Source: Actinomycetota bacterium
GTDB taxonomy: Bacteria > Actinomycetota > Acidimicrobiia > Spongiisociales > UBA11373
Direction: 5' to 3'
Assembly: GCA_016870535.1 (NCBI GenBank)
Contig: VGBK01000001.1
Coordinates: 11,311 to 75,310, forward strand
DNA: 64,000 nt
Under the pieces are notes generated by a model, which worked only from the letters and a program-made list of their open reading frames with translations, had not been told where the DNA came from and ran no database searches. Shown one piece after another: positions 28,701 through 37,694 of the stretch. Made by a program: the position numbers and the translations under genes. Within the stretch, counting starts at the first letter, position 1; each line of letters starts with the position of its first letter.

Positions 28701-31427
28701 CTCGCCGTGATCGCCCTGCCGACCGCGGGGGTGATGGCCTTCGCGGGGTGGAGCTCGCGCCTTGGGGCGGTGTCGCTGCCGGTGACGGCCGCCGTGGCTG
28801 TCGCCTATGCCCATCTCCTGGGGAGTCCCTGGCCGGTGTTCTCTGCCGGGGTTCGCTGGATGCCGCTGGCGGCGGTCCTGATGCTGGTCGCCGCGGCGCT
28901 TCCCGGCCGACGCGGCTGGCGGCCGGCGGCGGACCCGTCGCCGGGCACGCTCGTCGCCGGCCTGGTGGTGGCCGGCATGGGAGTCGGCGTCGGCGCCCAC
29001 CAGGGCGATGCCGCTCCGGCTCTCCTGTGCCTGTCCGGCGTGCTGACGATCGTCTGGGCGACGCGTCGGGCCGAGGGCTGGCTGTGGGCCGCGCTGGTAT
29101 CCGCCCTGGTCGCCGGCCTGGTGGCTGCCCCTGAATGGTGGTGGCTGGCCGCGACCGCCGGGGCCGATGCGCTGGTCGTCGGGGCTCTGGCCGTGCGCCG
29201 CGCCGAGAGCGACACGGGGCGGCTGCTGTCCTGGTTGGCCGCCGGCCTGGCGGCGGTGGCCTTCGGGGCTCTCACCGAATGGGGCCAGTGGGCGACGGTC
29301 CCGTTGCTGGCAGCGGCGGCGGCGGCGGCGGGGGTCAGCCTGGTCGGGGCCACCACGCTCGGGGTGCGGCGGTCTTGGCGGCCGGGTCTGGTCATCTGGC
29401 AGTTGCCTGCCGTCGCCCTGGCGGCAGGGGCGGGGCTGACCCTGGCCGTTGCCGGGCATGCCCGGCTCGGCCCGGGCGCGCTGGGGGTGGATGCGGCGGT
29501 GATGGCCGGCGGCGCCTTGGCGACGGGTCTGGTGGGGACTCTCCGCTTGTGGCCCGCTCTGGCCGGCGGATCGGCGGCGCTGGCGGCCGGGGCGTACGGG
29601 TGTCTGGCAGGCTGGCAGCACTGGGACGCCGATCTGGTGGTGATCATCACTTCGGCATCCGGCGCCGCGCTGGCCGGGGCAGGGGCCTGGCTGAGTACCC
29701 GTCGCGTGGGGCCGCGCCGGGCCCTGTGGCATTGGCCTCTGCACGGCCTGGCGCAGGCGGCCGCGGTGGCGGTGGTTTCGATCGCTTTGCACGAGTTCGC
29801 CACCTCCGAGGCCCTGGGGACCCTCTTCGCGGTGCTGGCGGCCGAGGCGGTGCTCTTCGGCCTGATCGGCACCGCACGGCGCCACGGCGGGCTTGTCGCC
29901 CTGTCCGCGCTCACGGCAGCGGGGGCGTACGGGTGTCTGGCAGGTTCGCTGGGCTGGGAGGCGGCGACGGTGGTGGGGGTGACCGGGGCGGTGGGTGCGG
30001 TGCTGGCCGGGGCAGGGACGTGGCTGAGCTACTGGCGCTCGGCGCCCGCTCGAGTGGCGCTCTGGCGCCTGCCCTTGCACGGCGCGGCTCAGGTGGCGGC
30101 GGTGGCGGTGGCCGGGGTAGCGCTGCAGGAGTTCTCGCCTCCCGGGGGCCTGGGGGTGGTGGCGGCGGTGCTCGCCGCCGAGGCCTTTCTGTCCGGGGCC
30201 GTGGGCACTGTCGAGAGGTGGCCCTATCTGGTGAGCCTGTCGGCCCTCTTCACCGCCGGGGCCTACGGGTGCCTGGCGGGATGGCTGGATTGGAGTACCG
30301 ATCTGGTGGTCGGGGTGACGGCGGGGCTCGCCGTCCTCCTGGCGTCGGTCGCCAGCCTGCTCAGCCGCCGGGAGGGAGCGGATTCGCGGGCCGACCTGTG
30401 GCGGCTGCCGCTGCACGGCCTGACCGAGGCGTCGGTCGTGGCGGTGGGCGTCGCCGGTGTTGCCGGTTATGCGCCCGCCGGGGCCCTGGGCGTGGTAGCC
30501 GCGGCGGTTGCCTTTGAGGCGGTCTACGTCGCGGTGAACGTCCGCTGGCTGCCCGCAGAGGCGAGTCCTCGTCACCTGTCGGCGGGTTTGGCCGCGATCG
30601 CGATCTTCCTGGGCCTGGCTGCGGTGGGCCAGACGGATATGCCCACGGGGCCGTGGGTGCAGGGTGCCGCGGCCCTGGGCCTGGTGGCGGCAATCGGCTA
30701 TGGGCTGGCCCGCGCCGACAACGCCTGGCGGGAGCCGCTGGCCGTCTTCGCCGGCCTGGTGGCGCCCGGGGCCGCGATCGCCGCCACCTGGATGGCCGGG
30801 GCTCCTTATGCCCACACCGCGGCCGCGATGGCGTTCGGCGGTGCCGGCCTCGTCGCGATCGGCCTCCTGAAGCGCCGGCTCGCCTTCCTCGAAGGCGGCC
30901 TGGTCGTCTGGCTGGGTGCCGGCCTGATCGCCTTCCGCCGAGAGGTGGACTTCACCAGCCACTCGACCGTGGTTCCGGTGGCGGTGGCGCTGTTGCTGGT
31001 GCTGGAGGTGGAGCGGCGACGGCGGCGTCTGGAGGGTCGGGAGCCCGCAGGGCCGGCGCGGCGCCTCCTGGAATGGGGCCTCATGCTGGCCCCGCTCGTC
31101 GTGTCGGTGGCCGACGCCACGGTGCAGCTCTGGTACCTGGGAGTGCTGGCGGCCGAGGGAGCGGTGCTCATGGCATGGGGCATCCTCACGGCGGTGCGCC
31201 GGCGAGCCCTGCTCGGGGTGGGGGCGCTGGGGGCGACCATCCTGCTCGCGGCGATCATCCCGCTCTCTCGCGGGATCCAGGGCGGTCTGTCGGACACGAC
31301 CTGGCTGGCCGTCGGCGCCGGAGCCGCGGTGCTGCTCATCGCCATCGGCTCCACGCTGGAGCGGCAACGCCGGCGCATCGGCCGCGCGCTGGCCGCGGCG
31401 AGCCGGGCGATGGAGGGCTGGGAGTAG
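25779..31427 (+). CDS. Giant polytopic membrane protein of unknown function (1882 aa) with internal tandem repeats
   Basis: The ATG at 25779 follows GAGAGGGGGA. The cytoplasmic N-terminus has Pro-rich linkers. At least 40 predicted transmembrane helices follow. Three near-tandem ~110-aa modules (AGAYGCLAGW...LW(H/R)(W/L)PLHG...) lie at about 29589-30595, with more degenerate copies upstream. No catalytic motifs were recognised. Confidence 0.7.
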   Translation: MPGGDEIDLGSIERFIKLAVQSGTIDSSTALRLWGLACAASAPPPPAPAPPRAPSLAPQQVAAAEATLDAAAAFLDRSGGRLQVGLRQALEREVISLRRALQAADGESATRSEGRLAAALAAAGRSLEVAPAAAASARPVVVVTPPGPPPPSPPVAPRRPAGPTWSERLQGYLGRLRRAVGSDFAIHGITYLGVFLALVVLVVFFAVDDYFGRTFRIPWTRPFMFLAFPAFFFVLAWVLRHRSGIPQAAVAVELIGAVLVPAMVAALFRDGFWFPPNVERLGRWAVYAGSGLPAVLLFWWLARRRPFYAYLIAPTIWTVVGALGLYVHFEWIDMPGDVPDMPEGISAYQVVLILAVMAASVVVASVIRRTRLGRLASVPTVRMAAVLAPFVLLAAVQFAYSDAVLEGPPGVGPGLAQMGFPLALAAVAAGAVFLAVRWAAFAWEGLPARMRREIPAVAAVLGGAALAAAPPLGLAEVLPLPWVGAALCGTGVVLAALERLPGFGTRAGSWVAAAAASAGLAVSLGGGGATLAAWGVVAVALAAFPAGTRRFFRAGAVPAAASRALLEVAVLVALGAGAARLAWPEGTVWVLVGAAAVLAGLRRAPHLPGDMGGLPGVPAAILVAAGLGVAAARAAGGTGPGYAASGALILAAGLVVLLLDAPWLVRLLPGVGLLAAGGLVELRPALDAGEWTGAAADAAVLGGLGLALVGDALLRRSGRFRIWHAGLGHLLAVAAAARSLPHERSALVGLAVLFAAQAAEAAGVEHGRSVLVARLTARSGVSAAWEALPAAAAAMALPFIMVLAGRRIPGVAAESARSGLVLATTALGLAGGSLLWRKRARPRVVTAAAATAVALAGVGCAAPSATGLLLATGAATLSTAIVAIGCRLPWAVSLPWTGAAGTLLLGLWRAGVAPLDLRFGVLGCGAALAAAPALVNWRRGRPRPTLGPWLWPPLMLGLGLLGAAVGLGLAETRLLAVIALPTAGVMAFAGWSSRLGAVSLPVTAAVAVAYAHLLGSPWPVFSAGVRWMPLAAVLMLVAAALPGRRGWRPAADPSPGTLVAGLVVAGMGVGVGAHQGDAAPALLCLSGVLTIVWATRRAEGWLWAALVSALVAGLVAAPEWWWLAATAGADALVVGALAVRRAESDTGRLLSWLAAGLAAVAFGALTEWGQWATVPLLAAAAAAAGVSLVGATTLGVRRSWRPGLVIWQLPAVALAAGAGLTLAVAGHARLGPGALGVDAAVMAGGALATGLVGTLRLWPALAGGSAALAAGAYGCLAGWQHWDADLVVIITSASGAALAGAGAWLSTRRVGPRRALWHWPLHGLAQAAAVAVVSIALHEFATSEALGTLFAVLAAEAVLFGLIGTARRHGGLVALSALTAAGAYGCLAGSLGWEAATVVGVTGAVGAVLAGAGTWLSYWRSAPARVALWRLPLHGAAQVAAVAVAGVALQEFSPPGGLGVVAAVLAAEAFLSGAVGTVERWPYLVSLSALFTAGAYGCLAGWLDWSTDLVVGVTAGLAVLLASVASLLSRREGADSRADLWRLPLHGLTEASVVAVGVAGVAGYAPAGALGVVAAAVAFEAVYVAVNVRWLPAEASPRHLSAGLAAIAIFLGLAAVGQTDMPTGPWVQGAAALGLVAAIGYGLARADNAWREPLAVFAGLVAPGAAIAATWMAGAPYAHTAAAMAFGGAGLVAIGLLKRRLAFLEGGLVVWLGAGLIAFRREVDFTSHSTVVPVAVALLLVLEVERRRRRLEGREPAGPARRLLEWGLMLAPLVVSVADATVQLWYLGVLAAEGAVLMAWGILTAVRRRALLGVGALGATILLAAIIPLSRGIQGGLSDTTWLAVGAGAAVLLIAIGSTLERQRRRIGRALAAASRAMEGWE
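29589..30595 (+). repeat. Intragenic tandem repeats (3 copies x ~335 nt) inside the giant membrane protein gene
   Basis: Nucleotide-level similarity between unit starts: ggggcgtacgggtgtctggcagg at 29589 and 29921, and gggcctacgggtgcctggcggg at 30258. The protein modules share AYGCLAG, LWxxPLHG and LxxEF motifs. Confidence 0.6.
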
Positions 31428-31655
31428 GGGCCGTCGCCACAGCGCCTCCTCGGCGCGGCTACTCGTCGGGCTTCTCCCCGGTGTCGCCGCACCTCTCCAC
31501 GATCGGCGGCGGGTTGCGGGCCCGTGGACCCGGGGTTTCTCTGGGGCGGTGCGGGGGGCAGCGGCAGGCGTGGATCCTCGGCAGCGTGGTGGGGTGGGAG
31601 AGGCAGGCCCGGTGGGAACACGGCGGCTGCGGCGAGAGGTTTGCGGCCAGCGCGC

Positions 31656-32672
31656 CTACCCCCGGGCCAGGTACCCCTCCAACTCGGCCAGCAACTCGGC
31701 CCGGCGCCCGTCGTCCAAGAACGCGGCCTCGATCCCGTTGCGGGCGATGGTGGCCAGTTCCTCTCGGGTGAGGCCGAGAGCCCGCTGGGCCGCCAGGTAG
31801 TTATCCCCGACGTAGCCGCCGAAGTAGGCGGGATCGTCGGAGTTGATGGTGATGCGCACCCCGCGTTGCAGCAGGCGGCGCAGATTGTGGTCCCGCAGGT
31901 CGGGGAAGACCTGGAGTTTCATGTTGGAGAGGGGGCAGACGGTCAGGGCGATGCCCTCCGCCGCCAGGCGCTCCACCAGGGCCTCCTCCTGCTCGCAGGC
32001 GACCCCGTGGTCGATGCGCTCCGCGCCGAGCAGGTCCAGGGAGTCCCGGATGTACTCCGGCGGACCTTCTTCCCCGGCGTGGGCCACTGCCCGCAGGCCG
32101 GCCTTCCGGGCCCGGGTGAAGGCCTCCACGAACTTCTGCGGTGGATTGCCCCGTTCGCCCGAGTCGAGGCCTACGCCGATGATCTCGCCGAAGAACGGCC
32201 GGGCCTCTTCCAGGGTGTCCAGGGCCGCCTCACCGGAGAGGTGGCGCAGGAAGCACATGATCAGGTGGGTGGTGATGCCCAGGCGCTCCCGGGCGTCGGC
32301 GCGGGCTTGGGCGAACCCGGCCATGAACACCGGGAAGCCGATGCCCCGCTCGGTGTGGGTCTGGGGGTCGAAGAACATCTCGGCGTGGCGCACGTTGTCG
32401 GCGGCCGCCCGCTCCAAGTAGGCCCACATGAGATCGTAGAAGTCCGCCTCGGTGCGCAGCACCGCCGCCCCCTGGTAGTAGATGTCCAGGAACGACTGCA
32501 GGTCGGTGAACTCGTAGGCGCGTCGCACCTCGTCCACCGAGGCGAAGGGCAGGGCCACTCCGTTGCGCTCGGCCAGGCGGAACATCATCTCGGGCTCGAG
32601 GGTGCCCTCGATGTGCAGGTGCAGTTCCACCTTGGGCAGGCCGCCGACGAACGCCTCCATCGCCTCCTCCAC
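31656..32672 (-). CDS. add: Adenosine deaminase
   Basis: LPKVELHLHIEGTL...HAGE...SDDP motifs of the adenosine/AMP deaminase family. Full length, about 335 aa. Confidence 0.85.
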   Translation of the reverse strand: MEEAMEAFVGGLPKVELHLHIEGTLEPEMMFRLAERNGVALPFASVDEVRRAYEFTDLQSFLDIYYQGAAVLRTEADFYDLMWAYLERAAADNVRHAEMFFDPQTHTERGIGFPVFMAGFAQARADARERLGITTHLIMCFLRHLSGEAALDTLEEARPFFGEIIGVGLDSGERGNPPQKFVEAFTRARKAGLRAVAHAGEEGPPEYIRDSLDLLGAERIDHGVACEQEEALVERLAAEGIALTVCPLSNMKLQVFPDLRDHNLRRLLQRGVRITINSDDPAYFGGYVGDNYLAAQRALGLTREELATIARNGIEAAFLDDGRRAELLAELEGYLARG

Positions 32673-32799
32673 GGGCCGGGTGCCGGCAGCCTAACGGCCG
32701 GGCTCTGCGGTGCGCCTCGCGTTTCGTCGGAGAGCGTGTGGGCGGCCCGGCTCCGGGGCTCTAGGATGCGGCCGTGAACCCCAGCGATGGGAGCAGACT

Positions 32800-34077
32800 G
32801 TGAGAACGAAGTGGACCTGGGTAGTGGTGCTGGCCGTCTTCGCCCTCGTCGTGGCCGCCTGCGGCGACGACGCGGCGACGACCACCACCGCCGCCCCAAC
32901 TACTACCGGCGCTGAGACCACCACTACCGGCGCTGAGACCACCACCACCGGGCCGGCCGAGCAGCTGGTGTTCGGCATGATCCTGGTGGGCCCCTACAAC
33001 GACCGGGGATGGAGCCAGGCACACTACGAGGCCGGGCAGTACCTGGAGGAGAAGCTCGGGGCCCGGATGATCTACCTGGACAAGGTGAACACCGCCGACC
33101 GGCCGGAGACCACCGTGGACCAGGTGGCGGCTCAGATGATCGGCGAGGGGGCGCAGCTGGTCTTCGCCACCTCCGACGATATGCGGGACGGCATCGAACT
33201 GGCCGCCGAGCTCTACCCCGACGTCCCCATGGTCTGGTCGTCGGGCGACAGCGCCTGGCCTGAGGCGGGGGCTGCCTACCGGCCCGACCTGGCCAACCTG
33301 GCCAACACCATGGGCCGCATGGAGTACGGCAAGATGATGGCCGGTTGCGCGGCCGCCCTCTCCTCGGAGGCCGGCAAGATCGGTTTCCTGGGCCCGCTGA
33401 TCAACGCCGAGACCCTGCGGCTGGCCAGTGCCGCTTACCTGGGCGCCCGGTACTGCTGGGAGGAGTTCCGCGGCGAGGATCCGGCCACCCTGGCCTTCCG
33501 GGTCGACTGGATCGGCTTCTGGTTCCACATCCCCGGCTTGACCATCGATCCCACCCAGGTCGCGAACGACTTCGTGGACAGCGGGATCGACGTCATCATC
33601 TCCGGCATCGACACCACCGAAGCCCTGGTGGTGGCGGGGCAGCGCAGCGCGGCCGGCGCCACGGTGTGGGCCATCCCCTACGACTACCACGGGGCCTGCG
33701 ACGAAGCGCCGCAGGTGTGCTTGGGGGTTCCCTACTTCAACTGGAACCCGGCTTACCTGCGTCTCGCCCAGTCGGTGCTCGACGGCACCTTCCGGGCCGA
33801 GTGGGAGTGGTTCGGTCCCGACTGGGACGACATCAACAACATGGAGACCTCCGGCATCGGGTTCCTCCCCGGGACGGCCCTTACGGGCGAGAACCTGGCA
33901 CTGCTGGAGCAGTTCATCGACGGCCTGGCCGACGGCTCGATCAACCTGTTCACCGGGCCGCTGAACTACCAGGACGGGACCCCGTTCCTGGGCGACGGCG
34001 AAGTGGCCACCGACGTGCAGGTCTGGTTCATGGAGCAACTGCTCGAAGGCATGGTGGGGGCCAGCCGGCCCAGCTAG
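32800..34077 (+). CDS. BMP-family ABC transporter substrate-binding lipoprotein (nucleoside-binding, PnrA-like)
   Basis: GTG at 32800 with a GGGAGCAG ribosome-binding site. Lipoprotein signal VLAVFALVVAAC|GDD. A Thr-rich linker (TTTTAAPTTTGAETTTTGAETTTTG) is followed by a Bmp/PnrA periplasmic binding fold. It is divergent from add and upstream of the ABC ATPase and permeases. Confidence 0.8.
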   Translation: MRTKWTWVVVLAVFALVVAACGDDAATTTTAAPTTTGAETTTTGAETTTTGPAEQLVFGMILVGPYNDRGWSQAHYEAGQYLEEKLGARMIYLDKVNTADRPETTVDQVAAQMIGEGAQLVFATSDDMRDGIELAAELYPDVPMVWSSGDSAWPEAGAAYRPDLANLANTMGRMEYGKMMAGCAAALSSEAGKIGFLGPLINAETLRLASAAYLGARYCWEEFRGEDPATLAFRVDWIGFWFHIPGLTIDPTQVANDFVDSGIDVIISGIDTTEALVVAGQRSAAGATVWAIPYDYHGACDEAPQVCLGVPYFNWNPAYLRLAQSVLDGTFRAEWEWFGPDWDDINNMETSGIGFLPGTALTGENLALLEQFIDGLADGSINLFTGPLNYQDGTPFLGDGEVATDVQVWFMEQLLEGMVGASRPS

Positions 34078-34174
34078 TGCCCTTGCCCGACTGCTGCTGG
34101 AGAGGGGAAGGCCGCTGGCCTTCCCCTCTCCGGTATGGCGGTGGGGAGCCCGGCCCTCTAGCCTGCCGGCCACG

Positions 34175-35632
34175 ATGAGCCTGGAACTGCGCGGCATCCA
34201 CAAGCGCTACGGCTCGGTGCGGGCCAACGATGGCGTCGACCTGATCCTCGAGGCCGGGTCCATCCACGGGCTGCTGGGGGAGAACGGAGCGGGCAAGTCC
34301 ACCCTCATGAAGGTGCTCTCCGGTTTCGTGGCTCCCGACTCGGGTCGGGTCCTCCTCGACGGCCGGCCGGTTCGGCTCGGCTCCACCCGGGCCGCCATCC
34401 GGGCCGGCATCGGCATGCTGCACCAGGATCCCCTGGTCTTCCTCCCCTTCACCGTCCTGGACAACTTCATCCTCGGCAGCGGAAGACGGGTGCGCCGGGC
34501 GGCGGCGCGCCGCGACCTGCAGCGCATGGCGGACCAGTTCGGCTTCCGCCTCGACCCGGAGGCGCCGGCCCGCTCTCTCACCGTGGGCGAGCGCCAGCAG
34601 CTGGAGATCGTGAGGCTGCTGTGGCTGGGCGCCCGGGTGCTCATCCTGGACGAGCCCACCACCGGCATCTCCGCCACCCAGCAGGAGCGTCTCTTCGCCA
34701 CCTTGCGGGCCCTGGCCGAGCAGGGGATGATCGTCGCCTTCGTCTCCCACAAGCTCGAGGAGGTGGAGGCGCTCTGCCGGCGGGTGACGGTGATGCGGCG
34801 AGGGAGGGTGGTGGGCGAGGCGGATCTGCCCTGCCCTACCGAGCGCCTGGTGGAGATGATGTTCGGCCGGGTGCAGGTGCCGGTGGTGCGGGAGCGGGCC
34901 GCGCCCGGCGACGCGGTGTTGGAGTTGCAGGGGATGCGCCCTGCCGACCGCGGCGTCGCCGAGTCGCACACGCTCGCCGTCGGCCGGGGTGAGGTGATCG
35001 GCCTGGCCGGGCTCGAGGGCAGCGGGCAGCGGCCTTTCCTGCGCACCTGTGCCGGGCTGCAGCGGCCGGCGGAGGGGAGGATCCGCGTGGCCGGACGCGA
35101 CCTCACCCGGGCGCGCTACCGGGAGTTCCGCCGCGCCGGGGTGCACTTCCTGCCCGCCGGGCGCCTGGAGGAGGGCCTCATCAGCGGCCTCACTCTCACC
35201 GAGCATTTCCTGCTCGCCTCCCCGGGGGGGAGCTTCGTGATCGACTGGGCCCAGGCCGAAGCCGAGGCCGCCGCGACCATCGCGGAGAACCTCATTGTGG
35301 GCTCCCCGCGTTCGGCGGCCGAGGAGCTCAGCGGCGGCAACCAGCAGCGCCTGCTCCTTTCGCTGATGCCCTCCGAGGTGCAGGTGCTGCTCATGGAGCA
35401 CCCCACCCGGGGCCTCGACCTCGAGTCCGCCGACTGGGTGTGGCGTCGCCTCCTGGAGCGCAGCCGCCGGGGCACCGCCATCGTCTTCGCCTCCTCCGAC
35501 CTCGAGGAACTGCTCCGCTACAGCGACCGCATCCTGGTCTTCTTCGCCGGGAAGGTACTGCGCGAGGTCCCCGCCGAGACCATCAGCGGCGAGGATCTCG
35601 GGTACCTGATCGGCGGGAAGGATCCCCGGTGA
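34175..35632 (+). CDS. ABC transporter ATP-binding protein with duplicated nucleotide-binding domains (nucleoside/sugar type)
   Basis: Two NBDs: GENGAGKSTLMKVLSG with LSVGERQQLEIVR and ILDEPT, and a second degenerate NBD with LSGGNQQRL. This is typical of BMP-type nucleoside importers. Confidence 0.85.
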   Translation: MSLELRGIHKRYGSVRANDGVDLILEAGSIHGLLGENGAGKSTLMKVLSGFVAPDSGRVLLDGRPVRLGSTRAAIRAGIGMLHQDPLVFLPFTVLDNFILGSGRRVRRAAARRDLQRMADQFGFRLDPEAPARSLTVGERQQLEIVRLLWLGARVLILDEPTTGISATQQERLFATLRALAEQGMIVAFVSHKLEEVEALCRRVTVMRRGRVVGEADLPCPTERLVEMMFGRVQVPVVRERAAPGDAVLELQGMRPADRGVAESHTLAVGRGEVIGLAGLEGSGQRPFLRTCAGLQRPAEGRIRVAGRDLTRARYREFRRAGVHFLPAGRLEEGLISGLTLTEHFLLASPGGSFVIDWAQAEAEAAATIAENLIVGSPRSAAEELSGGNQQRLLLSLMPSEVQVLLMEHPTRGLDLESADWVWRRLLERSRRGTAIVFASSDLEELLRYSDRILVFFAGKVLREVPAETISGEDLGYLIGGKDPR

Positions 35633-36684
35633 GCGTGCTGGCCCGGTCCCGGAGCGCCGCCACCGCACTGTTGCCCTTCGCCCTCGTTCTGGTGGTGGGC
35701 GTTCTCCTCCTCATCTCGGTGAGCGCTCCCCCTCTGGAGGTGTTCCGCCTCATCTTCCAGGGGGCGCTGGGGAGCCAAGCCGGGCTCTCCACCACCTTGA
35801 TGGTCTGGGTGCCCCTGGTGCTCGCCGCGGCGGGCCTGGTGGTGACCTTCACCGCCGGGCTGTGGAACATCGGCATCGAGGGGCAGATCATCGTGGGAGC
35901 AGTGGCCGGAGCCCTGGTGGCCCGGACCGTCATCGGGCCCCCGTTGCTGGTGATCCCGCTCCTCATCCTGGCCGGGGCGGTGGGGGGGATGCTGTGGGGG
36001 CTCCTGGTGGGAGTGCTGCGGGTGTACGGGCGGGTGAACGAGATCTTCGGCGGCCTGGGCCTGTTCTTTGTGGCCACCGGCCTGGTGGTGTACCTGGTCA
36101 TCGGCCCCTGGCAGCGGGCGGGCAGCGCCTCCACCAGCGGCACCGACCTCTTCCGGCGGGAAGCCTGGCTGCCCCGGGCCGGCGGGTGGCGCTTCTCGTG
36201 GGTGGCGCTGGGGCTGGCCGTCGCCCTGGTGGTCGGGGTGTACCTGCTGATGCGAGGAACCCGCTTCGGCCTGCGCCTGCGGGCAGTGGGCCGCAACGGC
36301 CGCAGCGCCTTCCTCATGGGGATCACCACCAACCGGCACCTGCTGGCCGCCTTCGCCCTCTGCGGGGCGCTGGGCGGCCTCGGCGGCGCTCTGCACGCCG
36401 CGGGCTTCCACCACAAACTGGTCCCGGCGGTGTCGGGCGGCTACGGCTTCCTGGGCATCCTGGTGGTGCTCCTCGCCGGCTTCCGGGCGGTGTGGATCGC
36501 CCCTATCGCCTTCTTCTTCGCGGTGATCTCGGTGGGTAGCACCCAACTGCAGTTGCGTCTGCAACTGCACTCATCGCTGGCCGGGGTGCTCCAGGGGGTC
36601 CTGGTTCTCTGCGCCTTGCTCGTCGGAGGCTGGCAGTTGCGCCGCGCCCATCTGAGCCGGCGCCGCGCGGAAGAGGGGGGGTGA
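35629..36684 (+). CDS. ABC transporter permease (BMP/nucleoside system, subunit 1)
   Basis: Its GTG overlaps the ATPase stop (GTGA). A polytopic membrane protein of the branched-chain/BMP permease family (…GIEGQIIVGAVAGALV…). Confidence 0.8.
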   Translation: MSVLARSRSAATALLPFALVLVVGVLLLISVSAPPLEVFRLIFQGALGSQAGLSTTLMVWVPLVLAAAGLVVTFTAGLWNIGIEGQIIVGAVAGALVARTVIGPPLLVIPLLILAGAVGGMLWGLLVGVLRVYGRVNEIFGGLGLFFVATGLVVYLVIGPWQRAGSASTSGTDLFRREAWLPRAGGWRFSWVALGLAVALVVGVYLLMRGTRFGLRLRAVGRNGRSAFLMGITTNRHLLAAFALCGALGGLGGALHAAGFHHKLVPAVSGGYGFLGILVVLLAGFRAVWIAPIAFFFAVISVGSTQLQLRLQLHSSLAGVLQGVLVLCALLVGGWQLRRAHLSRRRAEEGG

Positions 36685-36688
36685 GGCC

Positions 36689-37681
36689 GTGCACCAGGAG
36701 ACGCTGGATTTCGTGGTGGCCACGCTGGCCTCGATAGTGGCCGCAGCCAGCCCCCTGGTATACGCCGTGGTGGGAGAGACCATCACCGAGAAGGCGGGGG
36801 TCATCAACCTCTCCCTGGACGGCAGCATCATGCTGTCGGCCATGGCCGGCTTCGCCACCGCCTTCATGACCGGCAGCGTCCTGCTCGGCTTCGTGGTGGC
36901 GGCTCTGGTCTCCATGGCCATGGCCCTGGTCATCGCCTTCTCTTCCATCGAACTGCGGCTCAACCAGATCGCCATTGGTTTCGTGCTCACCCTCCTCGGC
37001 GCCAACCTGGCCTCGTTCCTGGGCCGGTCCTACGTGGGGGTGAGGGCGGCCGGGGTGCCCCACCTAGGCATACCCTGGCTCGAGGACCTCTCGCTCAGGA
37101 TTCCAAAGGTGGGCAGCTTCAGATTCGGGGCCATCTTCTTCGACCACAACCTCTCGGTCTACGGCAGCTTCCTGGCGATTCTGCTCGGCTACTGGTTCGT
37201 CTTCCGCACCCGCCGGGGCCTGGAGCTGCAGGGCGTGGGGGAGCGGCCCGAGGCGGCGCACGCCCGCGGCCTGGCGGTAAATCGCCTGCGCTACTTCTAC
37301 ACCGTGCTGGGCGGCGCCCTGGTGGGCCTCGCCGGCGCCGCGTTCTCCCTCGATGTGCGCTTCGGGTGGCGAGAGGGGCTCACCACCAACTACGGCTGGA
37401 TCGCCCTGGCGATCGTCATCTTCGGGGGCTGGCATCCGGTGCGGGCCGCCGCGGGCGCTTACCTCTTCGGGGCCCTCTCCGTCTTGGCCCTGAAGCTGCA
37501 GCCGCAGCTCCCCGACCTCTCTCAGATACTGCCCATCACCCCGTTCGCCCTGATGATCTTCGCCCTGCTGCTCGTCTCCCAGGACTGGTCGCGCCGCCTT
37601 GCCGACCGCTACTCCCGTTGGCGGAGGCTGCTCAGCGGTGACCCGCCCTCGGCCATCGGCACCGCCTTCTGGCGCGACTAG
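36689..37681 (+). CDS. ABC transporter permease (BMP/nucleoside system, subunit 2)
   Basis: The second permease follows the first after a 4-nt gap. Polytopic (VVGETITEKAGVINLSLDGSIMLSAMAGFA...). Confidence 0.8.
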   Translation: MHQETLDFVVATLASIVAAASPLVYAVVGETITEKAGVINLSLDGSIMLSAMAGFATAFMTGSVLLGFVVAALVSMAMALVIAFSSIELRLNQIAIGFVLTLLGANLASFLGRSYVGVRAAGVPHLGIPWLEDLSLRIPKVGSFRFGAIFFDHNLSVYGSFLAILLGYWFVFRTRRGLELQGVGERPEAAHARGLAVNRLRYFYTVLGGALVGLAGAAFSLDVRFGWREGLTTNYGWIALAIVIFGGWHPVRAAAGAYLFGALSVLALKLQPQLPDLSQILPITPFALMIFALLLVSQDWSRRLADRYSRWRRLLSGDPPSAIGTAFWRD

Positions 37682-37694
37682 GAAAGGAGCACCC

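Noticed and set aside
25668-31367. Two very long minus-strand ORFs (642 aa and 1218 aa)
   Set aside because: They are antisense shadows of the giant membrane-protein gene. They show extreme R/G/P/H composition and have no motifs. The plus-strand frame has a strong ribosome-binding site and coherent transmembrane architecture.
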